A stretch of 38,030 nt of DNA, from positions 1-38,030 of the IMG/VR virus record IMGVR_UViG_3300027644_000030; one strand, 5' to 3'. Source of the DNA: a virus (lineage: Duplodnaviria; Caudoviricetes). Every line of letters begins with the position of its first letter. Within the stretch, counting starts at the first letter, position 1. A program made the position numbers and the translations under genes. The notes under the pieces are model-generated. The model saw only the letters and a program-made list of their open reading frames with translations. It did no database searches and was not told where the DNA came from. Shown piece by piece: positions 24,901 through 36,124 of the stretch.

Positions 24901-27753
24901 ATGTCATCTTTCGATCTACTCGATACGGTACTGCCACCGGAAGGGCGCTACTGTGTGATGGGGATTGGTAAGTATCCTGACCAGAATTTTGTAGATACTA
25001 AGGAAGAGGTTGAAGAGCTAGCGCAGCAGTTTGTTTTACGAAAGATTGACGTATTCTTTGGATGCGCCAAGTATGGTTCGTTAGACAACCGCACCCATGA
25101 AAATGCTAAATACTTCCGTGCTCTGTGGATGGACATTGACTGTGGCCCAACCAAAGGTGTACCCGACAAAAAAGGCATTATCAAAGGCTATCTCGATCAG
25201 CAAACCGGACTCGATGAGTTCAAGAAGTTCTGCATTGCGGTCGGCTTACCAAGGCCAATACTAGTAAGTTCTGGTTACGGCATACATGCGTACTGGCTAC
25301 TAGAAGAAACAGTGTCTCGCCGAGAATGGGAGCCACTAGCCAATCGGCTTCGTGAGTTGTGCGTTGAGCAAGGATTAATTGTGGACTCCTCAGTCTTTGA
25401 GGCTTCACGTATCCTGCGCATCCCCGGCACATTTAACTTTAAGCAAGAAGAGCCCAAAGAGGTAACAGTACTAAATGAACTGACGCCTCGCATGACATAT
25501 CAAGAAGTTAAAGACTTGCTTGGTGCGCCTGAACCAAAGGACGATGTACCCGATTTCATTCCGCGCTCAATGAGCCCGATGATGGAAGCGCTTATGGGTA
25601 ACAAGGTTAAGCGGTTTAAGACGATCATGATGAAGGGTGAAGGTGGGTGCGCTCAGCTTAACTATTGCTTTGAGAATCAGGACAGCATTGAAGAACCGTT
25701 GTGGCGCTCCGCTCTTTCTATTGCAGCTTTCTGCGTAGATGGAGACAAGGCCGCACATAAACTGTCGGATCAGCATGAGGGCTACGATGCCGTAGAAGTT
25801 GACAATAAAGTTAATAACCTACGTAGCAAAGGTGGCCCACATCACTGCTCGACATTTGCAAAACTCAATCCGCAAGGTTGCGAGGGTTGCATCCATAGAG
25901 GCAAAATTAAATCGCCCATCATGCTCGGTGTTGAGATTGAACAAGCCGAAGCAGAAGATAACGAATACGCCGTTGAAGATAAAGACGGTGAGGTTGAGAT
26001 ACAGCACATACCAGAGTACCCATTTCCATTTTTCCGGGGTAAGAAAGGTGGCGTCTACATTCGACCTGAAAGCGAAGATGCCGAAGCCGAACCCAAACTT
26101 GTCTATGAGCACGATTTTTATGTGGTCAAGCGTATGCGTGACCCTGAGATTGGCGAAGTAGCTTTGTTCCGCTTGCACCTACCGCACGATGGTGTTCGAG
26201 AGTTCAGCATATCTACGATGGCTATCTCTTCACCTGATGAGTTGCGCAAGCAGTTGGCACACAACGGCGTTGTAGCCCATAAGTCACAGTACGAATCACT
26301 TGCAAGATTTGTTGTGTTTTTTATTAAAAATTTGCAGTACGTTAAAAAGGCAGAGACCATGAGAACTCAGTTTGGTTGGGTTGAGGGGGACAGCAAGTTC
26401 ATCCTCGGCGATAGGGAGATTACAAAAGACGGAGTGTTTTACAGCCCGCCGTCAAGCATCACAAAAGATGTTGCCGAAAAACTTATCGTTAAAGGCACGA
26501 TGGAGAAGTGGAAAGAAGCGTTCAACATGTACGCTAAGCCCGGGCTAGAAGGCCATGCGTTTGCCGCACTTACAGCGTTTGGCTCACCACTGTTAAAATT
26601 TACAGGTCTTGAAGGCGCAATCATTAACTTGATTCACTCTGAGTCCGGTTCAGGTAAATCGACAGCGTTGTTTATGTGCAACAGTGTGTATGGTCAGCCC
26701 AAAGACTTGACCTCCATGTACAAGGATACGTTCAACGCAAAGATGCACCAGCTTGGCGTAATGAACAACCTGCCTAACACCATTGACGAGATCACCAACC
26801 TAAGTGGCATGGAGTTTTCCGACTTGGCATACAGCATTAGCCAAGGCCGAGGCAAAAATAAAATGAATGGCTCGACTAATACGTTGCGTGTTAACAACAC
26901 CAAGTGGCAAGGGATTACTTTAGCTTCAGCCAACGCCAGCTTTTATGAGAAGTTAGGAGTAGCAAAGAATACGCCTGATGGTGAGTCCATGCGCCTGCTT
27001 GAGTACAAGATTGAGCCTAACAACATCATCGACGTACAAGTAGGTAAGCAGATGTTTGACCACCAACTACGCGAGAACTTTGGGCATGCCGGTGAAATCT
27101 ACATTCAGTGGTTAGTTAACAACTTAGAAGAAGCCATAGCTTTGGTGCGTAAGATTCAAGCTCGGCTTGATAGGGAAGTTCAGTTCAACCAAAAGGAGCG
27201 TTTCTGGTCAGGTGTGTCGGCGTGCAACATAGCTGGTGGTTTAATTGCATCTCAGTTAGAACTGCACAACTATGATATGAAGGCTGTGTACGACTGGCTC
27301 AAGGGTATGCTTGGCGAGATGCGGTTTGAAATTCAAGCACCAAACTCTACACCCGTGACAATCCTTGGTGAGTTTGTTAACGCCCACATTATTAATGCTT
27401 TGGTTGTAAACGGTGAGGTTGATGCTCGTAGTAACCTGCAGTCAATGCCTATGCTCGAGCCCCGTGGAGAGCTACTCATACGCTACGAGCCAGATACCAA
27501 AGAACTCTTTATCGCGGCCAAGCAATTTAAAGACTTTTGCGTCAAACAGCAGATCAACTACAAGACTACTTTAAAAGAGTTGGGTAATGCCAAGATTTAC
27601 TTAGAAGGTGTGAACAAGCGAATGTCCAAGGGCATGAAGGTTGTATCCCCCGCAGTTCGGGTGCTAAAGTTTGACGCATCAGCCGCCGAGTTCTTACAGA
27701 TGGATGCCTTTGTAGCTACAGATGAAAATCGAGACGGTGACGTATCAAATTGA
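24901..27753 (+). CDS. Primase-helicase (AEP/RepB-like N-domain, Cys-rich domain, DUF927-like ATPase)
   Basis: WMDID, SSGYGIHAYW, RILRIPGTFN, HCSTF...CEGC, Walker A SESGSGKST, TIDE. Confidence 0.88.
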   Translation: MSSFDLLDTVLPPEGRYCVMGIGKYPDQNFVDTKEEVEELAQQFVLRKIDVFFGCAKYGSLDNRTHENAKYFRALWMDIDCGPTKGVPDKKGIIKGYLDQQTGLDEFKKFCIAVGLPRPILVSSGYGIHAYWLLEETVSRREWEPLANRLRELCVEQGLIVDSSVFEASRILRIPGTFNFKQEEPKEVTVLNELTPRMTYQEVKDLLGAPEPKDDVPDFIPRSMSPMMEALMGNKVKRFKTIMMKGEGGCAQLNYCFENQDSIEEPLWRSALSIAAFCVDGDKAAHKLSDQHEGYDAVEVDNKVNNLRSKGGPHHCSTFAKLNPQGCEGCIHRGKIKSPIMLGVEIEQAEAEDNEYAVEDKDGEVEIQHIPEYPFPFFRGKKGGVYIRPESEDAEAEPKLVYEHDFYVVKRMRDPEIGEVALFRLHLPHDGVREFSISTMAISSPDELRKQLAHNGVVAHKSQYESLARFVVFFIKNLQYVKKAETMRTQFGWVEGDSKFILGDREITKDGVFYSPPSSITKDVAEKLIVKGTMEKWKEAFNMYAKPGLEGHAFAALTAFGSPLLKFTGLEGAIINLIHSESGSGKSTALFMCNSVYGQPKDLTSMYKDTFNAKMHQLGVMNNLPNTIDEITNLSGMEFSDLAYSISQGRGKNKMNGSTNTLRVNNTKWQGITLASANASFYEKLGVAKNTPDGESMRLLEYKIEPNNIIDVQVGKQMFDHQLRENFGHAGEIYIQWLVNNLEEAIALVRKIQARLDREVQFNQKERFWSGVSACNIAGGLIASQLELHNYDMKAVYDWLKGMLGEMRFEIQAPNSTPVTILGEFVNAHIINALVVNGEVDARSNLQSMPMLEPRGELLIRYEPDTKELFIAAKQFKDFCVKQQINYKTTLKELGNAKIYLEGVNKRMSKGMKVVSPAVRVLKFDASAAEFLQMDAFVATDENRDGDVSN

Positions 27754-27916
27754 TTGGTCTAAATTCCGGCGTGGCTACTCTTTCTTTGTACTCTGCATTG
27801 ACGAGAAAGCCGCCCGAGAAACCATTACAACAATCTGTAGGCGGCTAAAGATGACTGTGGTTACGAAAGTAGTTATAGAAGAAGGCGTAAAAGGTCTGCG
27901 AGTCTGGCGAGTTTGA
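27722..27916 (+). CDS. Small basic hypothetical protein
   Basis: G.SFFV...GLRVWRV pattern; last gene before the terminator. Confidence 0.65.
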   Translation: MKIETVTYQIDWSKFRRGYSFFVLCIDEKAARETITTICRRLKMTVVTKVVIEEGVKGLRVWRV

Positions 27917-27964
27917 GCTATACTAAACCCTGAGATTTCCTGAGTCAGTTGCTACTCTCCTTTT

Positions 27965-27993
27965 ATCCCCGGCTAATCACCGGGGATTTTTTT
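27965..27993 (+). terminator. Rho-independent terminator at the convergence of replication and virion operons
   Basis: ATCCCCGG-CTAATCA-CCGGGGAT followed by a T-run; overlaps the stop of the 2219-aa gene. Confidence 0.8.
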
Positions 27994-30900
27994 CGGCCTT
28001 TCGTCTAGCCGCCATCTCTTCGGCTCGCTTATCCAAACGATCTTCAAGCGTACTTACGGCCTCTTCAACTATTGCAATATTTTTCTTCGTAACAGTTACG
28101 CCAGCACGAGAGCCTTCGCGTTGTTTGGCTTTTTCCCTTAGCGAGTTCTTAATACTATCGCCGTTGAGCTTATACGTTGGGTGCTTGACGTTAAATTTAA
28201 GTACTTCATTTTCTAAAATGTTATTGAAGTTCTCAATACCTTCGGGTGTGTCTTTACGTAGTTGGAAATCCAACTTGCTTAAGATCATATTGCGTTGGTT
28301 AACAATTCTTTGCTCAATACCGGTTAACTTAAATGCTGGGCCTTGAGTAGCCGCAAGAAGGTCAGGACGGAAACCAATTGCTTGACCGATCAACTCGCCC
28401 TTCTTCACATCGTCTTTGCTAACTAATTCTTTACCACGTGGAGTCTTCATACCCTCATCTGCATATTTGTTAGCAACCACGAGATTGCGCACGGCAGCGG
28501 GAAGCATTTTCTCCAGCATCTTCTGGTAATCACCCAATGCGTAGGCATCGTATGCGTCGGCAAAACCAAGTAGTAAGCTTGCAGTTGGGCCACCAAAGTG
28601 GTCTAGCATGAAAGCAATTGCGCTTTCGCGAGAAGTCTTAGTCTCTTTACTATCGCGGCCCCACAGATCATTCAAGCCAATACGGGAGCCAATGTCGTAG
28701 CCCGTGATTGCGTTCAATGGGCCACGGTCAACAATATCGCTTACAGGTACGCCGCCAATCTCAACGTCACCCAACTTCTCGGGCAAGAACACAGTGCGGA
28801 ACCAAGTCTCAAAGTCAAGGTCTTTGAGTTCTTCAGGCCAATCATCGTCAAGCCCTAACTGACCCCAAGCCCAACCCATTAACCCCATGATGGGACTAAA
28901 CAAAGCCATGTTTGCCGCACCAGCAAGAAGATAGGAAGTGCCCATCATGCCAAAGAACTTAGTAGCCGCTTCTTTTTTTCCTTCTTTATTAAGGAAGGGG
29001 ATCATTTTCTTGAAGTTGGTTAGCAGCAGTAAAGACATCTGCAATGGGTACGTCTTAAACTGGAACGCAATCTTGCCGATACCCTGTTGCATAAACCGTG
29101 GGCGGTTTGTAATGTCGTAGTTACCAAGTGCTTCGTTAGTAGAGTCAACCGCTTTTTGCACAGCATCATCGTAGCTAAGCCCTTGCTTCTTACCCAACCG
29201 ATACGCAGCTAGGTAGACGGCCTCACGGCTTAAACGCTCAGTGTTGTGCATCAGAGCGCCGACCATCAAGTTAGCTAGGCGCTTACCTTTTCCAGCAACA
29301 CCTTCAAACTGCTCGGTGGACATGCTTTTGTAGCCCCACACCAAAGAAGCGTAGGTAGACTCAGACACACCACGGGCTACCATTTCACTAACGGCTTTGC
29401 GTTCATCTTCGGGGATAGACTTACTGTTAGCAATACTTGGCGCAGTAATAGAAGTTGTGCCGTCTACGTTAGTGCGGAACACACTGTACTGATTGACCAA
29501 GGTGGTCATCTTTGCAAGCTCAGTAGCCGCACCTGTAGCGTCGTTGTAATTACCGGCAAGTACGGGCAAGCCAGAAATGAATACGCTAGAAGGCTGAATC
29601 AAAGCCGACGCAGCAGAAGACAAGTACCAGAAGTAGGATGCTTTGTTTGCAATCCCAGCAACGGACTCACTTAAAGAGCCGTGATCGCCAGACAACGCCA
29701 TGTCAATACGCTTCTCAGCTTCTTGCACAAACGGTGATAACTCTTCACGTTCGTTGATTGAATCACGTGCAGCCGACAATGAAAGGCGAAGCTTGGGTGC
29801 GTACTTCAAACGTGCCAACTGGATGGATTGCTTAGAAGCAGTAGTGGCAATATTGCGTTGCAAGTCTGTGCTAAAACCACCACGCCCTTTACGGTGAGTG
29901 AACTGCCTGCGGAATGACTGCTCTGGCATCGTAGTCAAATAGATTTGGTAGACCGCATCTTTTAAACCTTCCTTAGCCGAAGGAGAGCCTAAGTCTTTGG
30001 CGTCGATTGCTTCAAAGACTTTCTTAAGCATCTCACTTGAGTTCTGTGATGCGGCGCGTAGTGTCTTAAGGTCGTTACCTTGCACAAACTCTTGACGGAA
30101 CAATACGTCTTCGTAATCTTCTCCACGTTTTGCGGCTAACTCTTTAGCCTTAGCATTACGCTCTGCACGACTTTCAAACAAATAGAACAAGCGGTTTTCG
30201 CCCGAACCAATCGCTAACCAATAGTCACCACGACGCACCAATGGGAAGAAAGGTTTGATCCTTGCATCAGCCTCAAAGGTCTTGCGTATAAGAGCCATCA
30301 AGTTTTTCTTCTCTTCAGGAGCCATGCCCTGAATACTATTGATCTGCTCATCTAACAAATCGGAGTACAACTCAATGACTGACTCGTAGTAGTCCCGCAG
30401 TTGCTTGTACATACGCTGACCGACAGGGCCAAGCGCTTTGTAGTCGGCGGCAAGAGTTGTTGTTTTTGGTGCGGGCTTAGCACCCTTTTTAGTTTTCTTC
30501 TCTTTACGCTCTACTTCTACTTCGCGTGCATTTGGATCGGAAGGATCAACCTCTGCCAACGTAGTGGCGTATATAAAGTCTGAAAACTTAGAACGGCTAA
30601 GTTTAGGGTCTTCTTTAAAGCCACGATTAAGCGAGCCAATGACTTGTTCGGCACCAGCTAAGAACTGCTGAGACATACCTAACATGCGTTGTAGCTGCGT
30701 ATTTGTTTCACTCAGCGCAGAGATGCCTACATCAGCGGCCCACTTAGCCAAAAAATCAAACGTGGGTAAGCGCACTGAAGCTTGTAGTTTGATGTACCCC
30801 ATATCATCGACTGCGTTGGCTAAAATTTGCCGAACAGCTTTAGGATCACGTGCCGTCTGCATCAGACTTACATTTTTAGACTCCTCACCTTCGCGGGATA

Positions 30901-33900
30901 AACGCACTTTTTCTTTTGCAATCTTTACGTCTTTTGCAAGCTGGAGGGCGGAGCGTTTTGCTTTTGAGTCAGCCTCTTCGTCAAACTCGGGGGGAGTGAA
31001 CTTGCCCTTCTGTTGGAGCGCACCACCTTTTGTATCAATTTTGGTCAACCTTGTGCCAAGCATCTTGTCAGTAATATCAACCAGATCAGTAAACGCAGTT
31101 GCATCTCCGGCCTTAACACCAAACAAATCGCGGATGCTATCGACAAAACCAGAGAAGCCTGTGCCACGTTTACCTTGCACGGTCATCAAGAACTTCTGGA
31201 ACTCAGGGCTAGACATGCCGTAAGCCAAGAATTCATGGGGGTCAGAGAACACACCAATAGATACTTTGCCCGTTCTGTCGCGGTCAGTAGTGCCTTCAAT
31301 CATTTGTTGCACTTCTGGGGGTAGTTCGCCAAACAACACGCCTTCTTCATACGCTTCTTGCGTACGCTTCATTAGGCTTTCCATCTCGCGCATAAACTTC
31401 TGCAAGCTAGCGTTCTTAAACCCTTTGAATAGACCTGCGTCAATACGACTAGCCGTTGCTGCGTGCAGCAATTCGTGCAACACTGTTATAACGTTTATAC
31501 CTTGTTGGTCTCCGAAGCTACTACCACGCACGTATATGGTACGTTCTTTAGACCCCGGGGTATACACAAACAAACCACGCGCACCGCTTAGCTGAGCTGG
31601 TATTGAATCGCCCTTCTCAACCACCACAAACTTAACGTTAATTACAAAGTTACGGATACGTTGCGCTACAAATCGCTGGAATAGATTACCAGTCTTAATA
31701 ATGCGCGCAATTGCTTGTGAGCCGTTAGTCAGATTGCTAAACCCTGTGTCGGCTTTAGCTACTTTAACGTCCGATGACTTGCTAGCTTTAGATTCTGTTT
31801 TACCTGATACACCCGGGGCTGAGACTGCGCCAAGTACATCTTCTTTGGGGCCAGAAAGAACATCTTGAGCGGCTTTGATACCCCGGCGAATGTCAGCAAG
31901 CTCTGCTTCCGTAGCCTTAGAGTTTTTAATGTCTGCGCTAATCCGTTTGCCTATTGCGCTGCCACGAGCAATGTTAGGGTTACCCTGTAGTTCTAACAAA
32001 CCACGAAGCGCACTGCGCCGAGACTGTCGTGCGTCAATCTCAGCTTGCTCAGCTTCTTCAAAGCTAAGTTCTTCAATCTGCTCTGGCGTTAAAGTCTGGT
32101 TAAGTTGGGCAACAAACTTCTTTCGGTTGTACTCAGCGTCGTTGTTAATTCGAGTTTGTTCGTTACGGGTTAACTTTTTCTGTTCCTTAACTTCAGGGGG
32201 TGCGGTTGGACGACCACGAGTTTTACCGGCTACTGCTCCGGTTGTTGGTGCCGCTTGTTCTTCTTGCGTTGTTTCGATGGTTTCAGAGGTTTCAGGGCCA
32301 CTTATGTTTCCTTCTTGGCGTTGGGTTATTTCTGTCTTTACAAGGTCGTACTCAACATCGCTAAGACTAGTATTAGTAAGTTCTGCATCAAGCTGCTCGT
32401 CCGATAACGCACGGACTGCTTCAGGTGTAGCTGCCCCACGAGTTAACGCAAATGGCTGTGGCTTTGTTTCTGCGGGTGTTCCTTTTGACGCTTCCCTAGC
32501 TGCATCAAGTTCGTCAAGTTGTTTAATAACAGCATCAAATTTAGCTGAAGCCTCATTACGCTTGGCCTCTAAAACTTTTACAGATTCGTATTTTTTGTCT
32601 GAATCATAGTTACCGTTTTCATCAAGAGCTAACGGCTTGCCATCGTCGCCTAAAACATCTGCTGCGCGAACACCATCTAAATCAATTAGTTTGTCTAATA
32701 GAGCCGAGCTTTCTTCACTTGCTGCGTCAAGCTGTTTGATAAGTTCATCTCGTTTTTCAAAGTACGCTACCGTGTCTGATATGCCTTTGTCTTTTTCTTC
32801 GTCTGTTAATGCAGTCGGCTTGACTGTTTCTCCAGCAGTAACTCCTGCAACATCCGGTCTAGCAGATACCACTCCACTTGTGACAGGCTCAACAACTCCT
32901 CCGGCGGGGGGTTCTGCACTGGGCTGTCCAGCCACGCTAACGCTTTCTCCACTTGGAGTACTGATAGGTTCAACAACATTTGCTGTTCCTCCTGTTTCGT
33001 CCTTCGCAAGCTCATCTGCTTGTGCCTCCTCTTGGGCTAAGTTCTGGGCGTCAATCTTTGCCTGTTGAGGTGGAACCCCAATTGCAATCAGTTCTTGCGT
33101 AATCTGCTCAACACGACCTTCAGGTATTTTAACGGCTGCAGTCTTAGCTTCGGCTTTTAATTCTGCATCAACTTTACGTGTGGCAATGCCTTCAGCGTTC
33201 TCTGCGGGTATGCCTTGTTGTATATTAATTTTAGTAAGTGCGGCAATACGGTCGGCACGAACTTGTTCAGGCGTTGTCTTTGGTGGAGGCGCTTGTTTTA
33301 AGTCGTCGCTTGGGCGCACTGTCCCAAGTTCCCCTAAGTCTGTATCTGTTGGTTTTTTCTCTGCTGCAAGCTCAGCGTTAATTGTGGCTTGCTGCTCAGC
33401 CATTCTAGCGTTACGTAGATTAGAACGTGCTTCAATTGGAGCAGTAACGCCCTCGGCAATAGCTTCCAATAGCACATCGGCGGGTTTGTCCTCACCCGTA
33501 GCTTTTTGTGCGGCAAATTCACCACCTGCGCCACCACCCATTTGCAAGGCCAGTTCTTTACCCCACGCCGCCATCGTAGCTTTTTTAGCCGCAGAACCAG
33601 CAAGTTTACCTTCAGCAATAAGAGCCTGCGCGGGCTTCAAAAACCTACCAGCTATGCCCATAGACAAAGCATCAAACGTACCAATAATCAGACCACGCTT
33701 AGCACCCTTTTCCTTGATCTCGTCCATGATCTTAGGGTTAGACAAAGCTCTGGATATTGCGTTTGCATCCAGCATGTTGACGCCTTTGTCTTGTAAGACA
33801 TCAGCCATGACCGAGCCGTATTCAATACCGCCAGAACTAAGACCAGCCGCAGTTGAACGTGCTACAACTCCCGCCGGGCCGAGCACCAAAGAAGGCACCA

Positions 33901-34636
33901 TACCGGGCAAAGATACAGCTAAAGACTCCACCAACATTGTGAATGTTGCACGTGGGTTAGAAGCCAGAGCGGAGATAGCCTCACCGTAAGTTTCGGAGTT
34001 GCCAATTTCCATCATACCCGCACGGATATCTTGCGACGGGGCAGCGGCTGCTCTTTGTTTTGCGTTGCGTGCCAATATACGTCCAGCGGCATCTGCGTCG
34101 GTTACACCAGTTTGGAACAAGTAGCTTGTAGCAATATCACCCAGACTTGCATCTACACGCTTAAACATGTTGCCGGTTGCTTCTGTGGCGTACTGGTAAG
34201 GAGACTCAGTAAATTTAGTTTCAGGTGTGGCTTTAATTTCACCAGCAGGTTCAGCCGCAGCGCGAGGCGGGGCGGGCATAGCCATTGGCGCTTGCTGTTT
34301 AAAGTAGTCACTACCCCGTTGCTGTCCGTGCTTAATTACGTCCTCAAACTTAACACCCATGCTTTGGAGAGACTGTTTTAATTTTGCTTGGTCAGCGCCC
34401 TCTTCAAGAAGGTTAACGGCATCGTCAAGCATTTCAATTCGATTTTTATACGGGGCACGTTTAGGCGGCTCGGATACTCTTTCTACTACGGGGGTAGACG
34501 GAGTAGGCTTTGGCGCAGCGGGAGCGGCAGGGGGTGCTTCTTGAGCACCAAGGTAACCAAGAATTTTAGCTTTAGCTGCAGATGGATCATCAGTAGCAAT
34601 ATCGTATTGCTTACCTTGGTATTCGTAGATGGGCAT
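27977..34636 (-). CDS. Large internal virion/ejection protein with zincin-like metallopeptidase motif (polyvalent-protein type)
   Basis: 2219 aa; Gly/Ala hydrophobic segments; HELLH at 31463-31477 plus downstream HEFLAY; GAGG RBS. Confidence 0.75.
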   Translation of the reverse strand: MPIYEYQGKQYDIATDDPSAAKAKILGYLGAQEAPPAAPAAPKPTPSTPVVERVSEPPKRAPYKNRIEMLDDAVNLLEEGADQAKLKQSLQSMGVKFEDVIKHGQQRGSDYFKQQAPMAMPAPPRAAAEPAGEIKATPETKFTESPYQYATEATGNMFKRVDASLGDIATSYLFQTGVTDADAAGRILARNAKQRAAAAPSQDIRAGMMEIGNSETYGEAISALASNPRATFTMLVESLAVSLPGMVPSLVLGPAGVVARSTAAGLSSGGIEYGSVMADVLQDKGVNMLDANAISRALSNPKIMDEIKEKGAKRGLIIGTFDALSMGIAGRFLKPAQALIAEGKLAGSAAKKATMAAWGKELALQMGGGAGGEFAAQKATGEDKPADVLLEAIAEGVTAPIEARSNLRNARMAEQQATINAELAAEKKPTDTDLGELGTVRPSDDLKQAPPPKTTPEQVRADRIAALTKINIQQGIPAENAEGIATRKVDAELKAEAKTAAVKIPEGRVEQITQELIAIGVPPQQAKIDAQNLAQEEAQADELAKDETGGTANVVEPISTPSGESVSVAGQPSAEPPAGGVVEPVTSGVVSARPDVAGVTAGETVKPTALTDEEKDKGISDTVAYFEKRDELIKQLDAASEESSALLDKLIDLDGVRAADVLGDDGKPLALDENGNYDSDKKYESVKVLEAKRNEASAKFDAVIKQLDELDAAREASKGTPAETKPQPFALTRGAATPEAVRALSDEQLDAELTNTSLSDVEYDLVKTEITQRQEGNISGPETSETIETTQEEQAAPTTGAVAGKTRGRPTAPPEVKEQKKLTRNEQTRINNDAEYNRKKFVAQLNQTLTPEQIEELSFEEAEQAEIDARQSRRSALRGLLELQGNPNIARGSAIGKRISADIKNSKATEAELADIRRGIKAAQDVLSGPKEDVLGAVSAPGVSGKTESKASKSSDVKVAKADTGFSNLTNGSQAIARIIKTGNLFQRFVAQRIRNFVINVKFVVVEKGDSIPAQLSGARGLFVYTPGSKERTIYVRGSSFGDQQGINVITVLHELLHAATASRIDAGLFKGFKNASLQKFMREMESLMKRTQEAYEEGVLFGELPPEVQQMIEGTTDRDRTGKVSIGVFSDPHEFLAYGMSSPEFQKFLMTVQGKRGTGFSGFVDSIRDLFGVKAGDATAFTDLVDITDKMLGTRLTKIDTKGGALQQKGKFTPPEFDEEADSKAKRSALQLAKDVKIAKEKVRLSREGEESKNVSLMQTARDPKAVRQILANAVDDMGYIKLQASVRLPTFDFLAKWAADVGISALSETNTQLQRMLGMSQQFLAGAEQVIGSLNRGFKEDPKLSRSKFSDFIYATTLAEVDPSDPNAREVEVERKEKKTKKGAKPAPKTTTLAADYKALGPVGQRMYKQLRDYYESVIELYSDLLDEQINSIQGMAPEEKKNLMALIRKTFEADARIKPFFPLVRRGDYWLAIGSGENRLFYLFESRAERNAKAKELAAKRGEDYEDVLFRQEFVQGNDLKTLRAASQNSSEMLKKVFEAIDAKDLGSPSAKEGLKDAVYQIYLTTMPEQSFRRQFTHRKGRGGFSTDLQRNIATTASKQSIQLARLKYAPKLRLSLSAARDSINEREELSPFVQEAEKRIDMALSGDHGSLSESVAGIANKASYFWYLSSAASALIQPSSVFISGLPVLAGNYNDATGAATELAKMTTLVNQYSVFRTNVDGTTSITAPSIANSKSIPEDERKAVSEMVARGVSESTYASLVWGYKSMSTEQFEGVAGKGKRLANLMVGALMHNTERLSREAVYLAAYRLGKKQGLSYDDAVQKAVDSTNEALGNYDITNRPRFMQQGIGKIAFQFKTYPLQMSLLLLTNFKKMIPFLNKEGKKEAATKFFGMMGTSYLLAGAANMALFSPIMGLMGWAWGQLGLDDDWPEELKDLDFETWFRTVFLPEKLGDVEIGGVPVSDIVDRGPLNAITGYDIGSRIGLNDLWGRDSKETKTSRESAIAFMLDHFGGPTASLLLGFADAYDAYALGDYQKMLEKMLPAAVRNLVVANKYADEGMKTPRGKELVSKDDVKKGELIGQAIGFRPDLLAATQGPAFKLTGIEQRIVNQRNMILSKLDFQLRKDTPEGIENFNNILENEVLKFNVKHPTYKLNGDSIKNSLREKAKQREGSRAGVTVTKKNIAIVEEAVSTLEDRLDKRAEEMAARRKAEKNPR

Positions 34637-34644
34637 TTAGCGCC

Positions 34645-36114
34645 TCAAGGAATTTTGATTGGGTTTCCAGCAGTACCGGGCGCTGCTTCACCAGCACCGG
34701 TAAGCCCTTCTGTTCTTGAGTGGGTAGCACGGAAACCTTTTTCCGCTTCTCTTAGCAGCCGAGCGGCTTCTTGTGTGCCTCCAGCTTTCATAGCTCTTCT
34801 ATACGCTGCACCCTCTGGGCTAAACAGTTTGAAGTCAGCTATATCTTGTGCTACTGCGGCATCAACACGTTGTTGTATAGGAGCTATAGCCGCGCTCTGC
34901 TTGTTAGGCGCGTTCTCACTTGTAGAGAACGAAGTTGTACTTTTCATCTTAGCCGCTGCGCTACTTAGTGCATCCAAACGAGCTTTGTTTTCTTTACTTG
35001 GATCCATTGCGTATGCTTCTTCCGCATCAGCCAGACGCTCAGCCAATTTAGCCGCAGTAGCGCCCTTACCAGAAGTTTTACTATACCCAACAGTACGCGC
35101 TGCAATGTCTGCGCCGTAACGAAGTTTGTCGCCTTGGGCTCTGTTGGCATCTTGTTGGAATTTACGAGCCTCTGCCAAAGCAGCTTGAGCACCGCGATTA
35201 TCCCCCATACGTTCTTTGCGTTCTGCGTCGTTTAAAGCAAAATTCATCTGCTCAATAGCACGTTTTTCTTGTTGTTCAGCGCGTCTTGATTCACCAAGCT
35301 GTTGTGCAAATGCCGGTGCTGCTTCGCTTGCGCCTTCAGCTAAATTACGGCCTTTTAAAATTTTTCCAGCGGCAGTAAGGTATGCCATACCTTCGCCAAA
35401 TCTTCTGTCGCCAGCTAAAGCTTCTCTACGCGTTTTTAATTCTCCTCTAGCAGGAGCGTAAATATCTGGGCCTGCGGCTGCCTTTACACGCGCCATGTAC
35501 CTATCAAGAAAAGCTTCTTGTTCTGCGGTGGTCATTTCTTTAGGTGCAAAGTCCATGTACTTATTAAGCGCTTCCTCTGCTCTGCTTAACGCTGTTGAGC
35601 TTGGCGCTCCTGTGCCTTCAGCCTCGGCTAGCAACCTAGACAAAGGATCATCCGCAACTGCAGTTGCTTCCATACTTTCACCGCTATTTAGACCACCTGA
35701 TTGGAATGCAACAATACCGCCCTCGGCAAAGTCTTCTTCGGGTGTGTACATACCAGCTAAACCACCACCTGCGGCTTGCATAGTAGGCTGTGGCATCGGG
35801 GCTTGTTGTTGCGGCATTGGAGCTTGCTGCTGCGGCATTTGACCTACGGGAGCACCCATAGGGATCATTCCAGCCAGACCTTGTGGGGGTGCGGGGGGAG
35901 CCATGTTCTGAGCAACAATAGAAGGGGCAGAAGTTGGCTGTTGTGCTTGACCCGCCATCTCCATCATGTCGGCTTCTTTAACCAAACGCAATGCGTTTAA
36001 CGCTGTATAAGAGTCTAACTTAGGGTCAGGACTTTGGCCCATTACCGCAGCACGAAGCATGTCGGGTTGTTTTCTATACCGTGCGGCATAGACAGATGCC
36101 ATATCAATTGCCAT
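34645..36114 (-). CDS. Putative internal virion/ejection protein
   Basis: Ala/Gln-rich helical protein with AxGG motifs, upstream of the giant gene. Confidence 0.62.
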   Translation of the reverse strand: MAIDMASVYAARYRKQPDMLRAAVMGQSPDPKLDSYTALNALRLVKEADMMEMAGQAQQPTSAPSIVAQNMAPPAPPQGLAGMIPMGAPVGQMPQQQAPMPQQQAPMPQPTMQAAGGGLAGMYTPEEDFAEGGIVAFQSGGLNSGESMEATAVADDPLSRLLAEAEGTGAPSSTALSRAEEALNKYMDFAPKEMTTAEQEAFLDRYMARVKAAAGPDIYAPARGELKTRREALAGDRRFGEGMAYLTAAGKILKGRNLAEGASEAAPAFAQQLGESRRAEQQEKRAIEQMNFALNDAERKERMGDNRGAQAALAEARKFQQDANRAQGDKLRYGADIAARTVGYSKTSGKGATAAKLAERLADAEEAYAMDPSKENKARLDALSSAAAKMKSTTSFSTSENAPNKQSAAIAPIQQRVDAAVAQDIADFKLFSPEGAAYRRAMKAGGTQEAARLLREAEKGFRATHSRTEGLTGAGEAAPGTAGNPIKIP

Positions 36115-36124
36115 GATATTTTCC

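Noticed and set aside
30684-35119. Long plus-strand ORFs (30684-31223, 31875-32609, 33180-33989, 34388-35119)
   Set aside because: Antisense shadows of Ala/Glu-rich minus-strand genes; Ser/Ala-biased with no convincing RBS or motifs
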